Virus record (IMG/VR): IMGVR_UViG_3300042876_000282
Location: 23,238 to 87,237 of that record
Reading direction: 5' to 3' (one strand)
Length of the DNA stretch: 64,000 nucleotides
Origin: a virus
Position numbers and translations under genes: made by a program. The notes below the pieces were generated by a model. The model made no database searches. It saw only the letters and a list, made by a program, of their open reading frames with translations, and was not told the origin of the DNA. Positions 55,312-62,050 of this stretch are shown here, piece after piece. Numbering within the stretch: position 1 is the stretch's first letter; each line of letters starts with the position of its first letter.

Positions 55312-56811
55312 ATGACGCAGGGCAACGGGGCGAGTGCGCCCGAAGAGCAGGATCCGGGGATCGTAGCGTGGCGCTCGCTCGTCGCGTTGTGTCGAACCGA
55401 CTTCCACGCGTTCGCGGAGTTCGTGATCCGCGATCAGACGACCGACGTTCCGATCGAGCAGGCGCCGATGCACGTCGCCATGCACGAAGCGATCGACACG
55501 ACGGGGCGCGTCGTGATCATGGCGCATCCCGAGAGCGGGAAGACCTCGCAGATCGCGATCGCTCGTGTGCTTTGGGAACTCGGGCGCGACCCGACGAAGC
55601 AAGTCGCGATCATCGGGAATACGCAGGACGCGGCGAAGAAAACGCTGAGCGCGATCAAGCTCTACATCGAGAAGAGCGCGGAGCTTCGCGCGGTGTTCCC
55701 GAAGCTCGTTCCCGGCAAGCTATGGCGCGACGACAAGATCGAGATCGAGCGACCGACGATCTCGAAAGACCCTTCGATTCAATGCGTGGGCTTCCACGGG
55801 CAGATCGTCGGCTCGCGCGTCGACATCGTGATCGCGGACGACTTGCTCGACTACGAGAACACGCGCACGGCATACACGCGGACCGACGTCTCGAAGTGGT
55901 TTCGATCGTCGGTCATGTCGCGTCTATCAGCGCGAGCGTGGGTCGCGTTCCTGACAAACGCGTGGCATCGCGACGACCTCGCGCACGAACTCGAACGCGA
56001 CGGGTGGAAGACGCTTCGGTTCCCGGTGTGGGATCGCGAGAAGCGTCCGACGTGGCCGGAGCGCTGGCCGATCGAGCGCATCCGGCAAGCGCAGGTCGAC
56101 ATGGGTCCGAACGACTTCGCGCGTTCGTTCGAGTGCAAGCCGCGCGACGACTCCGCGAAGATCTTCCCGGAGGAAGCGATCGAGCGTTGCACGCGCAACG
56201 GGCGCGGCTATCGGCTCGTCGACTTCCTCGACGACGACGAACTCGAAGCGGGCTCGGTGATCGTGCACGGTGTCGACATCGCGACGAGCAAGCGCGCGAC
56301 CGGCGCGGTGTCGTGCGTCTTCACGTTGCTCGTTCATCCGAACGGCGAACGCCAGCCGATCGCGATTCGCTCGGGGCGTTGGAGCGCGAAGGAACTTCTC
56401 TCCGCGTTGCGCGACGCCGCGGAGCGCTTCGGCGGTGTCGCCGTCGTCGAAGACAACGGCGCGCAGAAGTTCGTGGTCGACGTCGCGCAGAACGCCGACG
56501 AAGAGATCCCGATCCCGGTGCTTCCGTTCGCGACCGGGCGGAACAAGGTCGACCCCGTCACGGGGATCGAAGGCATGGCGGCGGAGTTCGATGCCGGCCG
56601 ATGGATCGTTCCGAGCGGCCGCGACGGGCGAACGCTAGACCCCGAGATCCGCGCATGGCTTCTCGAACTCGACGATTTCGATCCGGCAGCGCACGCCGGC
56701 GACCGACTCATGGCGTCGTGGATGGCGCGCACGTACGCGCTTCGCAAGCTCCGCAAGCGTCGACCGGGGGTCGACGACGGCGGAGACGTGCGGGTCTCGG
56801 TCATCGGATAG
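55312..56811 (+). CDS. Terminase large subunit
   Basis: HPESGKT Walker A, I.GSR.D..IADDL Walker B, WPERW, GVDIA nuclease motif, E.NG.Q, H.GD.LMA.W. Confidence 0.88.
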   Translation: MTQGNGASAPEEQDPGIVAWRSLVALCRTDFHAFAEFVIRDQTTDVPIEQAPMHVAMHEAIDTTGRVVIMAHPESGKTSQIAIARVLWELGRDPTKQVAIIGNTQDAAKKTLSAIKLYIEKSAELRAVFPKLVPGKLWRDDKIEIERPTISKDPSIQCVGFHGQIVGSRVDIVIADDLLDYENTRTAYTRTDVSKWFRSSVMSRLSARAWVAFLTNAWHRDDLAHELERDGWKTLRFPVWDREKRPTWPERWPIERIRQAQVDMGPNDFARSFECKPRDDSAKIFPEEAIERCTRNGRGYRLVDFLDDDELEAGSVIVHGVDIATSKRATGAVSCVFTLLVHPNGERQPIAIRSGRWSAKELLSALRDAAERFGGVAVVEDNGAQKFVVDVAQNADEEIPIPVLPFATGRNKVDPVTGIEGMAAEFDAGRWIVPSGRDGRTLDPEIRAWLLELDDFDPAAHAGDRLMASWMARTYALRKLRKRRPGVDDGGDVRVSVIG

Positions 56812-56814
56812 CGC

Positions 56815-56932
56815 CTGATTTCTAGGGCTCGAAACTTTTTTTCGGGGGCATGTCGTTTTTCTCTTGCGAGGGGGAACGGGGGGACGTATATCTAGGACAT
56901 CAAACGGGCTCGCCCGAGAAAGTAGAACGACA
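56815..56932 (+). promoter_or_regulatory. Repeated promoter-hairpin-RBS cassette (hybrid type)
   Basis: TCTAGGGCTCGAAACT7CGGGGG + GGAACGGGGGGACGTATATCTAG + GGGCTCGCCC. Confidence 0.85.
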
Positions 56933-57280
56933 ATGACCACGATCAACGCGCTTCTCTCCGCCGTCCGCGCCACCCTCACGATGGTCGCCTACGCGACGAT
57001 CTCTCGCGAGCTTCTCGCGGCGAAGGCCGCGGATTACATCGCGTCGCGCTACGTCGCGACTCAATCCTGGACCTTCGACGGGGGCGAGGCGATCGTCGTT
57101 CAGACGAACTCGATCTACGAAGCCCCGAGCTTCGTCTTCCTCTTCCGCATCGGCGGAGAGATCATCCGCGCCGAGGGCGCGAGCTACATGGGGATCGATG
57201 GCGTTCTCGCCAACCCCCCGATGCGGATCGTCGACGCTCTCGCTCGCGTTCGCGGCGCGACGTTCGCGGAGGCGGCTTGA
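56933..57280 (+). CDS. Small early-type hypothetical protein
   Basis: Directly after cassette. Confidence 0.7.
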   Translation: MTTINALLSAVRATLTMVAYATISRELLAAKAADYIASRYVATQSWTFDGGEAIVVQTNSIYEAPSFVFLFRIGGEIIRAEGASYMGIDGVLANPPMRIVDALARVRGATFAEAA

Positions 57281-57312
57281 TTCAGCGCACCGATGCGGTG
57301 CGGGAGGTATCG

Positions 57313-57639
57313 ATGAGCATGGGCCGAGTGAGGGTGAAGAGCTTTCAGTTCGCGGGGTTCTCGATCACGTTCGAGGTCTCGACGATCGAGGGTGCGAACG
57401 CAGCGCGCGCGGTGGTCGATCGGATCGCGGAGCTTCCCGGACTCGAAGGCTGGCGCGTGCAACGGCTCGGGTCGTTCGGATGCGTCGGGGGCGTGAGCGC
57501 GTACTTCGAGCCGACGACGTCGACGCCGGCGGACGGTCCCGCGCGGAAGACGCGCAAGGCAGCGGCGAAGCAAGTCGCGCGCGACCACGGCTTCGAGGTC
57601 GTGTCGGAGTCGACGCCGATCGCGGGGCAGGTTCGATAG
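57313..57639 (+). CDS. Hypothetical protein
   Basis: GGAGGT RBS. Confidence 0.55.
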   Translation: MSMGRVRVKSFQFAGFSITFEVSTIEGANAARAVVDRIAELPGLEGWRVQRLGSFGCVGGVSAYFEPTTSTPADGPARKTRKAAAKQVARDHGFEVVSESTPIAGQVR

Positions 57640-58098
57640 CCGTTCCCGGCGCGCGGAGGTGTCTACACGGGCTTCCCGAGCCCGAGGTGGGGCGAGGGTA
57701 GCTCCGCGACCGCCGAAGCCCTCGTGCGGGCGCTGGGCGGCTTCCGCCGCGGAGCCCGGCGCGGGTCGCGCGCGCACGTCCTTATACGCGCGTGCGCGAC
57801 CTTATACACGCGTGCGCGTGCGCGCGCGCTAGAAGCTACAGGCACCTATTCGAAACAGTAGAGAATCATGGGTTCTTCGTTCTTCGATCCAATAGGAGAT
57901 AGGGGAAAAGGGAGGGTGTGGGAGGGAAAGGGGGGGACAATGTTCGGGGGTACCTCGAACGTCGACGGTCGCTCCGCGACGCGTCGACGTGCGGGGGGTC
58001 TACGACCCCCCGATGAAACGAAGACGGTGTGGGACGTCGAGAGCGTGAGTGCGTGTCTCCGACGAAGACACGCAGGGCGGAGGTGGTAGGATTCGAGG
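57640..58098. other. Second non-coding region with AT-rich patch and purine tract
   Basis: CCTTATAC x2, alternating GC/GT run, purine tract 57892-57940, one 19-bp palindrome at 58053. Confidence 0.45.
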
Positions 58099-58815
58099 AT
58101 GCGACGACGAGCGATCCGACGAGACGATCCGCGGGCTGAGTTCAAGGGAAGCGAGGCGGCGCTCTGCGACGTGCTCGCGGAGCGAGCGAAGCGGGAGGGG
58201 TTCCGCGTGGTGCCGGAGTGCTCGGGCTGGGACATGATCCTCGTCGAGCCGGAGACCGAAGAGCAGATCGGGGTTCAGGCGAAGCTACGCGCCGGGCTCG
58301 ACGTGCTCGGGCAGTCGATCGTCGCTCCGCGCCGGCGGTCGCCGGACGTGGTCGCGGTGCTCGTGCCGGCGGTGACGGTTCCGTTCTCGCGGATCGCGAG
58401 CGAGCTTCGGATCGGAGTCTTCACGCCGCGGAACTTGCGAGCGGGTCTCGGGCCGGTGTGGATGCTTCGCAGCGGGCCGCGGCGCGAGATCGTCGCGGGG
58501 CGGTGTTGGGTTCCGCCGGTGGGAGTCGAGGTCGAGATCCCGGCGGGGGTTCCGAGCCCGCGCACGATCTCGCCGTGGAAGCTCGCGGCCGCGCGATTGT
58601 GTCTTCGGCTCCGCGCGGGTGAGGTGCTCACGCGATCGGACTTCGCGAGTGCAGGCGTGCGAGTCGACAACTGGATTCGAGCGAAGCAAGTCGTGCGAGT
58701 CGACGGCGAGCGCGGTCGATACGTCATCGGTGGGCCGGAGGTCGGCGGACTTCCGCTTCCCGACGAGCGCATGCCGGAAGTCGTGGAAGCGATTCGGCGC
58801 TCTCTCGCGGCGTGA
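58099..58815 (+). CDS. Hypothetical protein, possible PD-(D/E)XK fold
   Basis: SE..L ... GF.V..E...WD.IL ... IGVQAKL. Confidence 0.45.
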   Translation: MRRRAIRRDDPRAEFKGSEAALCDVLAERAKREGFRVVPECSGWDMILVEPETEEQIGVQAKLRAGLDVLGQSIVAPRRRSPDVVAVLVPAVTVPFSRIASELRIGVFTPRNLRAGLGPVWMLRSGPRREIVAGRCWVPPVGVEVEIPAGVPSPRTISPWKLAAARLCLRLRAGEVLTRSDFASAGVRVDNWIRAKQVVRVDGERGRYVIGGPEVGGLPLPDERMPEVVEAIRRSLAA

Positions 58816-58851
58816 GGTGCTAGGCTCGGCTCTCGCAGGTAGGAGGAACCC

Positions 58852-60297
58852 ATGGCAGAGAGCCCGAAGCGGCGACGCGTGCGCGCGCCGGAGACGTCGG
58901 TCGTCGACGAGACACCGCGGATCGAACTCGTCGCGCTGACAGAGATCGCGCGCTGGCCGCGCAACCCGAAGAAGCACGACCTCGACGAGATCGAGGCGAG
59001 CCTCCGTCGATTCGGCTTCGTCGATCCGATCGTGTTCGACGAAGGAACGAAGCGCATCGTCGCGGGGCATGGTCGAGCGGAGACGCTCGAACGGATGCGC
59101 GAGCGCGGGCTTCCTCCGCCGCGGCGCGTGCGTGTGCGCGACGACGGCGAGTGGTGTGCGCCGGTGCTTCGTGGCGTCGGCTTCGCGAACGAGCACGAGG
59201 CGGAGGCGTATCTCGTCGCGAGCAATCGCTTGGTCGAAATCGGCGGCTGGGATGACGCGGGGCTGGCCGCGATCCTCGAAGACCAGCGCGCGCTCGACGC
59301 GCTCGAAGGAACCGGCTTCGACACGAGCGCGCTCGACGAGCTTCTCGAAGACATCGGCGGCGACACTGGCGACGACGTCGACGAGAAGAGCGAGCGGTCG
59401 AAGGCGCTCGAAGACCTCGCGGGAGGTCGACGCGGAAAGAAGCGCACGATCACGGCGGAAGACGTCGAAGAGCGCGCGGCGGCGGCGGATGCGTACTACG
59501 AGAAGATCTCGGCGGTGCGTCGTGCGCGCTTCGGCGACGTGTGGAAGCTCGGCGATCACTTCCTCGTGTGCGGTGACACCGGAGTTCCGACGACGCTCGA
59601 TCGAGTGCTTCCCGACGACGCGAAGGTCGACGCCGTGATCACTGATCCGCCGTACGCGATCTTCGGATCGTCGACCGGCATCGGCGCGAGCATCGCGGAC
59701 GATCGGATGGTGGTTCCGTTCTTCGAGATGATCGTGAAGACCGCCGCGCTACGTTCGCGGCTCTTCGCGCACCTTCTCTTTTTCTGCGACTGGCGTTCGT
59801 GGGCAGCGCTCGTCGAGGCGCATCGGCGCGCGTCGCTTCCGATCAAGAACATGGTCGTATGGGACAAGGGCGGCGGACTCGGTTCGATGTACGCTCAATG
59901 CCACGAACTCGTGCTGTTCTCGGTCGTCGATCCGCCGCTGACTTCGATCGCGTCGCGCAAGGTCACGGGGAATCGGATGGTGAACTCGAAGAACATCGTC
60001 CGCGAGAACCGAGCGACGGGCGACGACCGACCGCACAACGCGAGCAAGCCGATCGCGCTCGTGCGCGGCTTCGTCGAGCGACACACGGAGCCGGGCGAAC
60101 TCGTGCTGGATCTGTTCATCGGCGGCGGTACGACGTTGCTCGCGTGCGAACTCACGGGGCGCCGTTGCATCGGTGTCGACGTCGAACCGAAGTGGATCGA
60201 CGTCGTGATCGCGCGATGGGAGAAGCTCACGGATCGCAAGGCTGAACTCCACTACCGTTCGCCCGATTCCGCCGTCGTGGCGGATGATGGGGCATGA
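58852..60297 (+). CDS. ParB-like domain fused to N6/N4 DNA methyltransferase
   Basis: RNPK.H...I..S..RFGF..PI..IVAGHGR; GD.W.LG.H.L.CGD; TDPPY; H...KP; VLD.F.GGG.TL.AC..TGR. Confidence 0.9.
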   Translation: MAESPKRRRVRAPETSVVDETPRIELVALTEIARWPRNPKKHDLDEIEASLRRFGFVDPIVFDEGTKRIVAGHGRAETLERMRERGLPPPRRVRVRDDGEWCAPVLRGVGFANEHEAEAYLVASNRLVEIGGWDDAGLAAILEDQRALDALEGTGFDTSALDELLEDIGGDTGDDVDEKSERSKALEDLAGGRRGKKRTITAEDVEERAAAADAYYEKISAVRRARFGDVWKLGDHFLVCGDTGVPTTLDRVLPDDAKVDAVITDPPYAIFGSSTGIGASIADDRMVVPFFEMIVKTAALRSRLFAHLLFFCDWRSWAALVEAHRRASLPIKNMVVWDKGGGLGSMYAQCHELVLFSVVDPPLTSIASRKVTGNRMVNSKNIVRENRATGDDRPHNASKPIALVRGFVERHTEPGELVLDLFIGGGTTLLACELTGRRCIGVDVEPKWIDVVIARWEKLTDRKAELHYRSPDSAVVADDGA

Positions 60298-60839
60298 CGG
60301 GAAGAGCAGCGCGCGCATACGGGAAGAGCGAGATCGACACGATCTTCGAGCTACGTCGGCAGGGGAAGACCTACCGCGAGATCGCGGAAGTCATCGACCG
60401 AACTCCGAAGGCGATCGAGGTCTTCTACAACTCGCACAAGGCGCGCACGAGCACGGCACCGATGCAACCTCGGGTTCGAGTTCGCCGCGACCGCGTGTCT
60501 TCGTCGGAGACACCGCCGGCGAACTCGTGCGCGTTCACGTTGACGCCGCCGCTCGAAGTCGTCGAGCAAGCCGGCGGCGTCGATCGATTCGTGGCCGAGG
60601 TCGTGTCGCGCGTTCCGGTGCCGGGCTGGCGCGTGCGCGTCGCGCGCGGTGACGATGCGCAGCACCACGCGCTGATCACGGCACGCGCAGCGGCGGCGAG
60701 TCGCGGAGCCGAGATCGTGGTCTTCGACCGCGAACGATCGATCGTCGCGGAGCGACCGTCGCACGCGTGGGATCGGACGCCGGAGGAACTCCGCGGCGAT
60801 GCGTACGTCGTGATCCCGATCGTGTTTGAGAGAGCTTGA
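60294..60839 (+). CDS. HTH protein
   Basis: LRRQGKTYREIAEVIDRT. Confidence 0.6.
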   Translation: MTGRAARAYGKSEIDTIFELRRQGKTYREIAEVIDRTPKAIEVFYNSHKARTSTAPMQPRVRVRRDRVSSSETPPANSCAFTLTPPLEVVEQAGGVDRFVAEVVSRVPVPGWRVRVARGDDAQHHALITARAAAASRGAEIVVFDRERSIVAERPSHAWDRTPEELRGDAYVVIPIVFERA

Positions 60840-60905
60840 CGACGCGTCGCGCTTCGCATATATCTACGAGCATCGGCGGGGCTTGCCCCGGAAGGATGGT
60901 CGACG
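60836..60905 (+). promoter_or_regulatory. Degenerate cassette promoter
   Basis: TTGACG-N17-TATATCTA; hairpin CGGGGCTTGCCCCG; GAAGGA. Confidence 0.7.
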
Positions 60906-61412
60906 ATGGCGAAGGGTGCTCGATACGTTTCGGTTCCGGCGGACCGCTTGCTTCGCGAGCTTCGTGAGATCGGCGAGTGCGTGAAGGCGAAGCACGGGGG
61001 CTATCGCGAAGACGTGAGCGGGTCGGAGATCGTCGCGGTGCTGATTCCCCCCGGCGGTCGGATCGTGGTGAAGTGCTACACGACGATCGCGGTCGGCGCT
61101 GCGAAGGTGCGCGGATGCGGAGACGACGCGGTTCGGATCGTGCTCGTCGCTCCGACGCCGGAGGGCGAGCGCGCGGTCTCGACGTCGACGAAGGTGCTTC
61201 GCACGGCTCCGCGCGGCGATGACGAAGGCGCGCGCGTCGAGGTGTTCGTCGCACGGCTCCGCGAAGCGCTCCGCGGGGCGTACGGCGACGCGGTGAAGCG
61301 ACCGACGTGTCCCGAGTGCGGTCGCGCGATGGCGCGCCGTGCTGGGCGTTCTGGCGAGTTCTTCGGGTGCATCGGCTTCCCGGTGTGCCGCGGGTCTCGC
61401 CCGCTCGTGTAG
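60906..61412 (+). CDS. Protein with C-terminal topoisomerase-I-type Zn ribbon
   Basis: CPECG..M..R.GR.G.F.GC..FP.C. Confidence 0.75.
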   Translation: MAKGARYVSVPADRLLRELREIGECVKAKHGGYREDVSGSEIVAVLIPPGGRIVVKCYTTIAVGAAKVRGCGDDAVRIVLVAPTPEGERAVSTSTKVLRTAPRGDDEGARVEVFVARLREALRGAYGDAVKRPTCPECGRAMARRAGRSGEFFGCIGFPVCRGSRPLV

Positions 61413-61451
61413 GGGCTCGCGCTTTCGCACGAGAGCGGCTATCCTCGCGGC

Positions 61452-61730
61452 ATGTCGCGAGAGTTCCGTGCGAGGGTCTTCGTCGAGGTCGAGGTCGAAC
61501 CGGGCGCGCCGCGCGCGTACCGCGAAGATCCCGCGCTCGCGTTCTCGATTCGTGCACGCACCGTCGACGGTGCAGCCGAACAAGTCGAGAAGCGGCTGCG
61601 TGCGAATCGTCGACGCGTGACGTCGATCGCTCACTCGCCGAATTGCGTCGTGGTCGCAAAGGTCGCGCGCGAGCTACTTCCGCCCGATGCACCGGGCGCG
61701 ATGGTCGTCGGCGGGATTCGCCGGCAGTAG
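61452..61730 (+). CDS. Hypothetical protein
   Basis: TATCCT-N6-ATG. Confidence 0.55.
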   Translation: MSREFRARVFVEVEVEPGAPRAYREDPALAFSIRARTVDGAAEQVEKRLRANRRRVTSIAHSPNCVVVAKVARELLPPDAPGAMVVGGIRRQ

Positions 61731-61739
61731 GAGACGACG

Positions 61740-62048
61740 ATGCGAAGCGAGTTCACCACCATCGAAGTTCCGACGTCGGTCGCCAGCGGTGCGCCGATCT
61801 CGGTTCCGGATTTCACGGACCACGCGATCGCGGTGGTCGGCGCGTTCACGGGTACGATCCACGCGGAAGCGACGATCGACGGGACGAACTACGCTCGGAT
61901 CTCCGACAACGCGACGGGACCGGGCTTCCTCGTGATCCACAACCACCACCTGAACTCGTCGTTCCGCGCGATTCGGATCACGGCTTCGGCGTGGACCTCG
62001 GGCACACCGAGCGCGATGTACTCCGGGCGCAACGCGCGGATGGCGTGA
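61740..62048 (+). CDS. Small beta-rich protein (possible virion component)
   Basis: GAFTGT...EAT.DG.NY ... R.IR....AWTSG; directly before the portal. Confidence 0.55.
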   Translation: MRSEFTTIEVPTSVASGAPISVPDFTDHAIAVVGAFTGTIHAEATIDGTNYARISDNATGPGFLVIHNHHLNSSFRAIRITASAWTSGTPSAMYSGRNARMA

Positions 62049-62050
62049 CG

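Larger units (their letters stand above)
7068..60513. repeat. Dispersed 19-bp palindrome GTGTCTYCG-N-CGRAGACAC (15 copies)
   Basis: Starts at 7068, 16233, 25167, 35508, 43065, 44003, 45502, 46629, 46688, 46828, 47023, 47749, 55248, 58053, 60495. Confidence 0.9.

Noticed and set aside
58099-60297. Complete restriction-modification system
   Set aside because: The nuclease assignment for 58099-58815 is weak, and ParB-methylase fusions near terminase genes are commonly orphan.
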